Assembly (NCBI GenBank): GCA_964304625.1
Contig: OZ199838.1
Span: 8,331,594-8,395,593, forward strand
DNA from: Kudoa neothunni
Taxonomy: Eukaryota; Animalia; Cnidaria
Direction: 5' to 3'
Length of the DNA stretch: 64,000 bases
Of the stretch, positions 53,278 through 64,000 are shown piece after piece. The stretch's first letter is position 1; every line of letters starts with the position of its first letter. The position numbers and the translations under genes are program-made. Below the pieces are notes generated by a model that saw only the letters and a list, made by a program, of their open reading frames with translations, was not told where the DNA came from and did not search any database.

Positions 53278-55537
53278 TGTTACCGGCAATGTATGAAATT
53301 CAGGCAATATATAGAATGCCTAGCATTCTTAAGCAAAGTGTATAATACATGCGTTCTTACATACTCTACCTAGGCATTCTATAAAAAATTAATTACCACC
53401 AAAAAGATGTTCGGGTCGTCATTTTCACGTGATAATAGTCCTTGGGATTAGGTGACGCTACGTAAGTTTGTGCTCATTGCTGTGTGTTTGTAAAAATGAA
53501 CGGAGAAGATTCAAATGTAGCATTTGAAAAAGAATCTTGTTTGATTGAAATGAGAGAACTTTTCCTTACAGAGCTATCAAAAATGCGAACTACTGGTGCT
53601 AAAAATTGTGTTTACCTTACCGACGCCAGTTATGAACGACTAGTGAATGATGTGATAAGAGCAAAGTTAACAACAAAGAAAGGACCACGGGATTATTGGC
53701 TTCTGAAACGCTACGATGTGATGACGATAGAGAAAAAAGCAAGTTGTTCTTTCCTGTCAAAGAAGGGGTCCGTTCTATTCAGTTTTACGTCAGTGATTCT
53801 GAATTATTTGATGTTATTCACGACGCTCATTAGCTATTGGACATGGAGGACGAGACAGAATGTTAAAGGAGCTTCGACCAGAATTTAAAATCATTACCCG
53901 TCGTGATATTGAATTGTACATTCAACTTTGCCAGGCATGCCAGAAGAAACAAAAAGGCATGAAGAAAGGCATTGTAGTGAAACCGATGGTATTTTCGGAT
54001 TTCAATTCCCGTTGTCAGGTGGATCTAATTGATTTCCAATCCCATCCTGATAAAGAATACAAATTTATAATGGTATATCAAGATCATCTTACTAAGTTTG
54101 TTGTTTTACGGGCTATTAAATCAAAAACAGCTGAAGAAGTAGCGTTTAATTTAATAGACATATTCACATTACTGGGAGCTCCATCGATATTGCAGTCAGA
54201 TAACGGTCGAGAATTTGCCAATAAGGTAATCACAAACCTGAAGAAATACTGGCCGACATTGAAGATTGTTCATGGAAAGCCGCGACATTCTCAAAGTCAG
54301 GGTAGTGTTGAGCGAGCTAACCAAGATATCGAAAACATGTTGTCTGCTTGGATGCAAGACGAAAAAACCAACAAATGGAGTGAAGGAATACGTTTCGTCC
54401 AACTTATGAAAAATAGAGCTTTCCATTCTGGGATTCAAAGAACACCTTACGAAGCTCTCTTTGGCTGCGAAGTTAAAGTTGGTCTCACTACGTCTTCCAT
54501 ACCTCAAGATGTTTTATTCGGTATACACACTGAAGAAGAATTAGAAATAATAATTGAAAATATGCACACAATAGAGCTAGAAGATGTGAACCATGTGACC
54601 GAAGAAATGAGCGTTACTCCACAGAACCCTGTTGAGATTTCTGAATACGAAATGGAAAAACAATGCTACAATGAAGAGATATGTACTCAAGAATCTGAAA
54701 GTTCTTCCGTGTGCTGTGTATGCTTAAAAGCAAGTACTGGTGCACATACTTGCATTAAGTATGGTCGAAGCGTCCATATAATCTGTGGGGAAACTCTAAA
54801 AGACGACAATGGTGAAACAATTGGAGGTTATGGTGTTGGTATCTGCTGCACTATTTGTTTTAACATTGAAAATGCGGAAAAACATAAGAAGCTGTCTATG
54901 TTGAGCCTAGAGATTCAAGCAAAAAAAATGAAAATGGCTTCGGACAAAAATTTTTCTCCTGCATCTTTGGGCGATACTGTGCGCATTCCTATTCCTGATG
55001 TGGACAAGGGACGTGGTGATCCGCGAAATGTGTTAGCGGTGGTAATGGACCTTACGGATGATGGTTTTTACCGACTTGGAACTAATCAAGGAAGGTTAAA
55101 GCAGCTATACGCAAGATCACAATTTAGCATTTGCCAACAGCGATTTATAAAAATTGTTGATGTCCCTGACCACGAAATACCTCTTCGCTCTGCTGCTACT
55201 TCTCAATCTACAGGAAGTGGTCAAGGATTTTTAAGGTGTATGTGTAAAACTAAGTGCCAAAATAACAAATGCCTTTGCCTCAAGAAGAATTCAAAATGCC
55301 ATTCTAGTCTTCCTTGTTGTAATAAATAATAAGTTATTGTTGTGCTTCGTTGGTGATTTTTCTGAAGGTTAATTTCGATTTCTTTTTGCGCTTCATTTTT
55401 GATTATTAACCATTTTTTGACGAATATCTTTTTAAATTTGCATATTTGCACATTGCCTGAAGTAGAACTAGTCATTGTATAGAATGCCTAGGTAGAGTGT
55501 GTAAGAATGCTAGGCATTATACACATTGCCGGTAACA
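53278..55537 (+). mobile_element. Ginger2/TDD-type DNA transposon with KRBA2/SCAND3-like integrase, full length, near intact
   Basis: TIRs TGTTACCGGCAATGT / ACATTGCCGGTAACA; 4 bp TSD TATA; HHCC zinc region, QVDLID, SDNGREF and GSVERAN DDE core; C-terminal Cys-rich tail; frame disruptions near 53740 and 53830. Confidence 0.92.
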
Positions 55538-55541
55538 TATA

Positions 55542-55689
55542 CAATGAAACCTTGATGATCCAGAAGAATTTCAAAACTTTATTTGTACTTTATTGAAGTT
55601 ACGTGCCGATAAATTTCAAATTATTCTGAATCTCGCTATTTGAAAAAAATCACTGATCCCAAGTGTTCCGGATAATCGAGGTTTCACTC
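55542..55689. mobile_element. ~150 bp Tc1/mariner-type MITE; related partial copy at ~47635-47700
   Basis: TA-flanked imperfect TIRs CAATGAAACCTTGATGATCC / GGATAATCGAGGTTTCACTC. Confidence 0.6.
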
Positions 55690-55838
55690 TATTGAAAATC
55701 GAGTCATTAAATAACCCACATGGTCTTTGGATGCATAAGCGAATAAATAATGGGAATATTTATCTATATTTCGTTGAATATAATTGAATTTGAAATCGAC
55801 GAAGATAAATCGTACAAAAATGGATCGATTACCTTTAA

Positions 55839-56060
55839 CCCTCTAACGGACTTGGGGTCTGTGGGACCCCAGCGCCACATTATATTGCCAATAAATATTT
55901 TTCTAATATACGCTCAAGTTTGTAATCTTAGCTGCTCTTCTATATTTATGAATTTTGTAGTTTATAATCGCTATTACATAACACGAAAATAAAAATCCAT
56001 CCTCCAACGGACTTTGGGATCTGGGAGACTCCAGGTTTTTTGTCTATATCTAATTGAAAA
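55839..56060 (+). mobile_element. piggyBac-family left-end fragment
   Basis: TTAA|CCCTCTAACGGACTTGGGGTCTGTGGGACCCC, with an internal repeat of the same motif at ~56001-56033. Confidence 0.55.
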
Positions 56061-57094
56061 ATTATAAAAATGCGATATTTGAAGTATTCAATAATTCTAC
56101 CCACGCAATATCAAGAAAATCGTTTATCACTGTACGAACTAATCCTTGATAATTCGGTACGGGAAGATTCGTCTGGATCCCCGTAATCTGTCGTTACATC
56201 AGCATTAAAATGCCCTCGTTATTTGCTTGTAATCACAGCTTATAAACTGGAAAACAGAGTTAATTTAATAATGTTCTCTTTATTTTTTATAATAATAAAA
56301 TTTGAAACAGTATAGTTAAATTTTGAAGCATTTAAATGTGTTTCACTTACTACATGCTCCTTTTTTATTAACCCTTCTCGGACCCCATTTCAGGTTATTC
56401 TGAATTTTTCTCTATAAATGAAAGTGTAACGACGTTTAACAATCCAGTAAATCTTTAAGCGTAAAGTTTCTAATTAAAATATAATATTAGTTAAAATTTT
56501 TAATACTCAAAGTTTTTGGAAAATGCGTTTTTAGTAGGTGCAAAACAAACATTGTTTAGAATCCCTCCAACTAAGTCAGTTTTAAAGAATATTTGTGAAT
56601 ATGAATAAATAAATAAATAAATTTAATATTAATATGTTGTATATGAAGTATATTTCCAAATTTGTTGTAGGTTTAAAATTTCTCTGAGTGTTCACGAGAC
56701 CTAAGAATGTCAGTGTTAATATCAAATATTTCTGCTTGGTAGTAACACACGAATTATTTATGTTGTGATAATTTATTATTCAAACTTAAACAATGAGAAC
56801 GACAGCAGTTCACAACGGGCGGGCGCTGAATACATTTTTGGAATTACCGAAATTTTCCGGACATACGGACTCGGAAGGACTAATGCCTAATACTCGTGTA
56901 AACTCATCTATAAATAATTTAAAGATGTTTTTATTTTATTTCCTAACTTAATGCTTAATGTAAACGCGATTTTTCAATTTCTGCCTAGAAGAACATTCGT
57001 TGAATGGTATGTATTAGTACAGTAGGCAATCGATTTTTCGTACTTTTCGGAGCGTGCGCGTTTTAAGAATCATGATGGTCGGGGAGTGATTTAA

Positions 57095-58990
57095 CCCTTC
57101 GCCACACGCGCAAAAAACTTTACGCGGTTACACGCATGGGGTCCGTTGGACCCCATCAAAAAGAAACAGTGATTTAATACTAATAAATAGGGAAATAAAT
57201 TATTTTTTAAACAGTTATTGCAAATGATATTTAAATGCATTTTACAGACAAATTTTGAGCATGTCTGACAACTTGTTCTTGTTTTTTTATCATGTAGACG
57301 GGTGCATAAATGATATCTTCCTCTGTCAACGAGAGAGATTCTTGGTTCCATATTGACAGGTTTTTGGATTTCTACTAAATTTAAGTTAGAAAAAATTATC
57401 AATGTATTAACCTTTTTTATTCAACTGAGGCTCTATTAATTGCATACTCAACGACTTCAAAAACTCCTTCCGACGAATAATTTTATCGGCCTTCATGCAA
57501 TATATAGCACATGCATTTATTGCTACAATATCTAGAAGTGTATTAAATATGACAACAGGCCATCTTCTTGTAATTCGAAAAGTAGAGTAATTCCCGCACA
57601 TTTGATCTATTGTATCAACTCCACCCTTTGTTGAATTGCAAAAAGAGACGATCTCTGGTAGCTTTTTAGGGTGGTTCAAACCAACGGTTGACTTGTGGTG
57701 AAACGAACTCAGCAGTGTAACGGCTTTGTTTCTTTTGGGGACATAAGACACTAAGGTTAAATCTAATGCAAAAGAAGATGAGTATTGTTCACGAGTTTTT
57801 GAAGCCAGGAATTCAGGAGGTATTTTTTTCTTGTTTTTCTAATGGTACCACAAGCAGTTATTCCATTCATTAATAATTCCTGAAACAATGGAACTGATGT
57901 AAACCAGTTGTCAACAGTGATGTTTCTTCCTGAGCCCAGAATTGGTTGAATCAGGCACATAATTAAACTATGGGGTGAGTTGTCAACTTTATATGGGGCA
58001 CTTTTCTGGGCTCCCAGGTAAACTTCAAGATTAAGGGTGTAAAAAGTTTTAGAATCACACAGGTTAAAAATCTTAATCCAATATTTCGCTGGCTTAGAAG
58101 GCATATACTGCTTAAAAATACAGCGACCCTGGAATGATCTAAGCATTTCATCGATCGTCAAATATTCGGTGGGTATATAATATTTGATGAAATTAGAATT
58201 TATTTGATTAAAAATATCTCTGATTTTTGACATTCTATCTTGATTATTTTCATTTGAATTACTTGAACCAGTTGCAAAACGTAGACATCTTTTTAACAAG
58301 GAAAATCTATTCTGGTTGAATATTTTTTTGCAAATTGGAAAACCAAAGTCGTCATCTGCCCATAATTCATTCAAATGAGTAAGATTAGCTTTCTTCACGA
58401 CAAGAAAATAGTGCAAACCAATGTGAGCTTTTAATTCACACATATCAAATGCCATACAATCTCGCGATCGTTTGTAATTTGGTTGGATATTTCGAAGGTA
58501 GTAATTGGTACATTGCAATATTTCAGTTAATATATTCTCAGTGATAAATAAACTCCAAATTTGAGACTCAGATTCCACGTCATCAGAAATTTTTACTCCA
58601 TGTTTATCCGTAATGATGTCGTGTTTTCTCTTTCTTGACAATAATCCCACAGGCTTTGAGTTCCATTCAAAATTTTTGGAGTATAACAAATGTTCGCTAT
58701 CATCTAAACCCTTTATTTAAGAAATATTTATTTATTTATTTATTTATTCTATTCTATTATATTACTTTTTGATGATACATCAGAGCTTGAATCATTGCTT
58801 TTTTCATCATAACAATCATCAAAATCATGTTTTAAAAATTTTCTAAAGTCCATTTCCTATTTTCATTTTGAAGAAAAGGTTAAAAAACATGAATATTTTA
58901 ATTTTAGTGTTACTATAAAAAACACAACGATAGCTATTTGCAGATTGAAATCACGTGGGGTCCATTGGACCCCATGCGTGTGACGGAGGG
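57095..58990 (-). mobile_element. Full-length piggyBac (PGBD4-like) transposon with intron-containing, near-intact transposase
   Basis: TTAA TSD on both sides; CCCT...AGGG termini; DDD motifs IDEM, VDNWFT and GGVD; Cys-rich C-terminus; ATG at 58853; predicted introns 58765-58704 and 57411-57375; one frameshift at ~57835. Confidence 0.93.
58722..58748. repeat. (TTTA)n microsatellite within a predicted transposase intron
   Basis: tatttatttatttatttatttatt read directly. Confidence 0.8.
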
Positions 58991-61164
58991 TTAAATTGTT
59001 GTTCATTAAAATTTACCACATTTTCTGTTTAATTTAATATGGTATAAATAATTAAAAATTAAAAGTAACCCCGTTTAATACCATCACTGATATGAGTAAA
59101 TTTAATTTTTTTATATTTTAATTGACATTTAACATTTATTTCAAAATCTTATTTATTTTAAGTATAAATTTTCTTTATAATTTCATCTTTGTGATTAAAT
59201 AACAATTCATTCTGTTGTAAAGTTTGAGTTTTTGATTTCGAATTAAATTATTGTAGCTACAAGAAACGATAGTAATGGTTTTTATCTTATCTCGTCAATT
59301 TTGATAATCAATAATGAAAAATTGCTAATAGAAACAAACAAAAACTGAGAGAAGACTTTATGAATCGCTTTGTGGAAATAATCAGTTATCTTAGTTTGGT
59401 TAGATTTTTTTGAACAATACGTTTGACAGCGTACTTTCCAGTTTTATGACCAAGTTGTATTCGTCAATAGCATTACACTTTGCGAAAATTTAAAGTTTTT
59501 TAATTGATTCTATAATTTCCTTCGAAGAAATATCATCGATTGGTAAATCTAAGGATATATCGTCATCATAATGGTTCTTTTACCTTTTCTATGTTATGCT
59601 TTAAGTTAATTGAATATTCATGATCCATAGAAAATTATCGTGCTCCTCTAGAATCATCCAGTCAATTTCTGTTAGTTCATGGAATGTAATTTCATTATTT
59701 ATATCTTTATCGTTAGCAGAAGAAAACCTAGCTTTAAAACAATTTAATATGGTTTTATTGCTAACAGACTCTCACGCTTCTTTAGTTAAAAATATAGATT
59801 CCAGATAATCTGGGGAAGTTGAGAGAGAGAGAGTCAGCTTCTGTGAACGCAAAAAACGTTTTATAATGTCTTTTTTATATGTCGTTTTGAACGAATGTAT
59901 AATACCCTGATTTATAGGCCGCAAAACACTTATCGTATTTTGAGGAAGAAAAACCATTTTTATATGGCTTAAATCGTTGTGGAAATTAGAAATTGCATCG
60001 TCGAATATAAAATAATTTTATTGGAATTTATTCAAAAAACTTATTTAAATCAGTTATATATTTTATAAACATATGATCAGTCATTCATGCTTTTTCGCAG
60101 CACTCATACTTTAGTAGAAGCTTGTTATGCTTTTTTTCTCTTTTTTTATTCGGTTATAGACATTCTCCTTAGTTGTGACATAGCTCTTTCCTAAAACTAT
60201 GTAAATATATACGAACAAAAATTTTAGCTCTTGTTGCTGATAGTGTAGCGCAGTTTCTTCGATTTTAAAAACACAATCGAGTGAGCAGCCCTTTATTATA
60301 TCTAAAAACATCGGAATCCATTTTCAATTATTTCGCTGTCAACGATACAAAAATCATCATGATAATTTTGCCCTTTTAGATTGAATACTGATTAAAACCC
60401 CTTAAACTTAAACCGTCGGTTATTGATGAATCCACACACGAATCATTGGAGCACAATCCTCTCATTTTATTAATCATATCAATAGAAGCTAGCTCTTTGT
60501 TGGCATTGTATTTCAATTTTTTTCGATGAAGCTAGCCCACCTTCATGGGATTTTACTATTTCTTTTCTCTTATTAAGAATGCCATCCAACGTTGAAATTG
60601 TAAGAAAGTTTAAAATATCGAACAGTAGCCTCCTCCGCTCCCTTATTAGACAAGTGTTCAAAAAATTCGATTATTTCAAATTCTTCCTTAATCGTTATGC
60701 TTTTTTTATTTTTGTTGTGCCGTCTGAAAACTAAGAAAAACACGCATGTTCCGTCGAAAAATTTAAAAAAAGTACGTAAAATCCGCAACGATGGGTTTTT
60801 CGTATTTTCATCATTTTTTCTTTATTTGTAAACTTTTTTTAATTAAATTTTAATATGATATTCTAATATTGAATCTTTACTTTTACAGAAACTTTCAGAA
60901 TAAATGATAAACAAGAAGTTAAAAAGTACAAAAAATCGATTGCCTACTGTAGTATACTTCCAACGGATTTTTTAGATTTTTTTCGAAAAGTTTACGTTTA
61001 AATCTAATTTTAAATGGTTCAATAAGATATTTATAAGCTTTTATTTGTCATGATTTTCGTTAAATTGTACAATCAATTTATTATAATAGAGAACCTGTGA
61101 GGTCCCGCGGGACCCCACACCGGAACGCGTGTGATTTTTTCGCGCACCGTCCCGGGAGGGTTAG

Positions 61165-63120
61165 CCCATAAGGGGTCCAATGTTTTGATTTTAGTTATAA
61201 TTTATATATACGTATTAATTCATTAATAAACAACACAAATACGATGGATTTTTGAAATATTAAATATTTAATGAATTACAGTTGAGTTCGTAATTGGCCG
61301 AAAAAGCAACGAAAAACTACCGACGTGCGATTTTCTAATGGCAAGTTTGTGTTTGCGGTATACAAAAAACAGCTGATTTAATGTGAAAAATTGGAAATAA
61401 TTATGCTATATGGAATTTTATTGAGCATTTCATATGCGTATAACATTTGCAGTTCGTACATAAATACATTGTAATTTTTTTACCAACTATACATCTACGT
61501 TTCTTTTTTATAGGATGGGTATTATGCAGGGGTTTTTTGCACATTGATGAAACTTGGAGTTTTGATAGGGACGATGTTCAGGTAAGTTTTTCATGGCCAC
61601 TAATGCTGATTAAACATGTTACGATATTTCTAATATGATTTAATAATTTTATTTTTTTATCATTTGTATAGATAACCAATTTATATGAGTTTACCACAGG
61701 CAGGGATAACATATTGGTAAACAGTGGCCAATACAATTTTTTAGATTTCATATTGATTCTGTAACATGAAACTGAAGCATCGACTCCTCCCATTTAATTG
61801 TTGTACATATATCACATGTGAGGTTGAGGAACGTTGTCGTAAATTTTTTTAGATTTAAAATATCGTCGGAATTGTTGGACAGGTTCGGCATTTAGTGCAT
61901 TACTCCTTAGAGCTATAGGTTTTGTGTCATTCCAATATATACAATTAATTCTAAATTCTTTATCCTTAAGTGTTACGTAGAAACCTCCCGTTTTTTCCAT
62001 CATTTTATTTGATGTAAATGGACATTTGGAAGTACGATGGGTTCTCACAGTGCCGCTTTCTTTGAGAGATCTTTTATTCAATTCAATGAACAATTTATAT
62101 GATGTGAAAAAATTGTTCATATAAATATGAACGTCGGGTTTATCCTTAAGAGCATCCGCAAAGTTCAGCACAACACTGCCTCCGAGGCCAAAATATTTAT
62201 CATATTTCGCCGACCTTCCCGTATAAACATCAAAGCTATACACAAAACTATCAGCAGATGCCAACATCCACTGCTTAAAACCAAATCGAATTGGTTTTCC
62301 TCTCATAAACATTTTGCATGAGTGGTGGCCTGTATATGGAATCATCGGTTCATCGACACGAGCGTTATTATGGAAAACATCAAATTTTTTAAAATTTGCA
62401 TTCAGTTTTTTTATTATTTATGTAAGTTTGAAAAGTTTATCTCCAGGATCTGAATTGGCGTTATCATTAAGGTGAATATATGATTTTATAGTCTTGAAGC
62501 GTTTATAGGGCATGCATTTCCTGACTGTATCAACCCCAGAGTCCATTGCAGATTCCCAATACATATGTTGTTGGGGTAATTAATTATATCCAGACAGTAG
62601 CAAAATATCAATGAATGATTTTAGTTCCTTTAACGATAAGTGGAAAGAATGGTCATTCTTTTGGCGAGCGTACACATTACTTTGTTTAACAATGTGCATC
62701 AATAAATTTTCATCAAACAATTCATAAAATGTTCCAAGTGAATCGTATTTTTCGACCGAAATGTTTGTTGGCAACTCATTTTTGTTTCACGGAAAAACAT
62801 TGGTTTCCGCATCGGATGATAAATTTGATGAATGAAGAATTTTTTCCCCACTTGACCATGGAGTTTTCATCAGTCTGGCCATTATCTAATGTTGAAAATA
62901 CCTCAACTTCCCCTCAAACTTCGGGGACATTCCTGATGTCAACATCGTTTGAATCTCAGCTGACAAAACGTTCTTCTTCGTCCGTTAAAATGTCAACCGT
63001 TTCAGGAGGTAATGTCACAATATCGATGCAATTTATTTCATCATCATTATTATCAATTTCATCAACTGCGTCGATCAAATTCCTATACCTCATCTCTCAA
63101 GTAACAAGTGAAGGATTACA
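61165..63120 (-). mobile_element. piggyBac (PGBD2/3-like) transposase pseudogene
   Basis: IVKQSN.YA.QK, VDE.MIPY.G.HSCKMFMRGKPIRFGFK.W, NNFFTS, SGTVR and MGGVD...YRI..KSKK.YWPLF; stops and frameshifts. Confidence 0.88.
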
Positions 63121-63126
63121 ACCGTG

Positions 63127-63824
63127 CCTCGGTGTTGCGTAGTAAGTTGGGACCGCCAACTTACTACGCAATATCCAGTTTCACGCAAGCGCATTATGCA
63201 AAAAAATCGATTAAACCATTTATTGGCTCCTTTTTAAACATAAATTCATTTATGTAATGAAAGTAAGATTTTTATATTTTTCATTTTATATTTAGAGAAA
63301 GTGCCCACCATTTAATCTGCGGTTCCCTTTCTTTAAAATAACTGATTTTCAATCCATAACAGGATGTAAATCACACAGACCTTCCGGATCTTGGCTTGCA
63401 AAGGTTTGTCGATTAATTGTTCCTTCTGACACTTATCATCAGAGATACTGGCGTATGACACGCTATTAAATTAGACCACCAATAAAGTCTCTCCTTCATC
63501 CACGGTTCCGTTTGTTAGAAATGTCGTAGCTGGAAAGTTTTTGTTCCGTCTAAAAGATTCTACCGAGGGTTGAATGTTCTTTATATTTAAAATGTATTTT
63601 TTTACCAAGACAATTATTCTATTACTAAGATCAAATTCCTAAGCTGTTTATGTTTGAACTCCTTATTGACTTAATTGAATTATTACAACTGATAATTTTA
63701 AATTTCTTGTCAACGTCCCTCTGTATCCTTGGCATGGTCAAATTTACTACGCAACGTCGAATCAAAACGGAATTTCTGGACCTTAGAATTGCTACGCAAT
63801 ACTAAATTATTTCGCAATACCGAG
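63127..63824. mobile_element. Unclassified TIR element/MITE with repeated TTGCGTAGTAA motif
   Basis: CTCGGTGTTGCG at left, TTCGCAATACCGAG at right; motif copies at 63135, 63161, 63745 and 63790. Confidence 0.45.
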
Positions 63825-63922
63825 AAATTTCATATTAATTTTTATATTCATAGATATTTTTACACATATCTTACGAGATAATAATGTAATTATTACTTTG
63901 TAGTATCCAAATTTATAAAAAA

Positions 63923-64000
63923 CTAGCGCGAACCGCCCAGCTTTGCTTGGGGAATATTTCACAAATCGAGACATGCAGCAACCGAAAAGCATTTAAGAAA
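63923..64000 (-). mobile_element. 3' end of a Helitron-like element (continues beyond window)
   Basis: A|CTAGCGCG...CCCAGCTTTGCTTGGG hairpin, same layout as the end at 2973. Confidence 0.5.

Larger units (their letters stand above)
57020..60949 (-). mobile_element. Tigger/pogo (Tc1-mariner) element, decayed transposase, interrupted by piggyBac
   Basis: TA|CAGTAGGCAATCGATTTTT ... AAAAATCGATTGCCTACTG|TA; remnants KKSITIKE.FEII (HTH), VF..EETAL.Y and FLP.NT.SVL.P.NQGII.SFK..Y (DDE_1). Confidence 0.88.

Noticed and set aside
53484-55329. LTR retrotransposon integrase, programmed frameshift or domesticated KRBA2 gene
   Set aside because: No gag, RT or LTRs; bounded by TIRs and a 4 bp TSD; frame breaks look like simple deletions.
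1-64000. CRISPR array, rRNA, snRNA or spliced-leader genes
   Set aside because: No regularly spaced repeats or recognisable rRNA/snRNA sequence seen by eye; an Infernal/Rfam scan is needed to exclude divergent ncRNAs.

Overview
AT-rich eukaryotic (animal-type) genomic DNA with ~35-90 nt GT-AG introns and highly diverged proteins. This resembles a reduced parasite such as a myxozoan cnidarian, but the taxon is an inference. Four host protein genes are recognisable: a papain/cathepsin-L-like gene lacking its catalytic Cys (~5.0-6.1 kb); a Nup205-like nucleoporin (minus strand, 30463 to ~13705) split by a ~10 kb transposon-filled intron; an Nse1/NSMCE1-like gene head-to-head with it; and an OATP/SLCO transporter (49.8-52.3 kb). 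There is one intact tRNA-Val(CAC) gene. Most of the remainder is nested, mostly decayed transposons: piggyBac, Merlin/IS1595-like, hAT, MULE, Tigger/pogo, Ginger and Helitron. The standout is an RLE-type (NeSL/R2-like) non-LTR retrotransposon that appears inserted between nt 37 and 38 of a tRNA-Val gene. An orphan tRNA 3' half abuts its 3' end, while a complete tRNA-Val with a different 3' half sits at its 5' end, suggesting a tRNA-targeting, target-restoring retroelement. Several DNA transposases also carry tiny spliceosomal introns. All family assignments come from motif recognition by eye; no searches were run.
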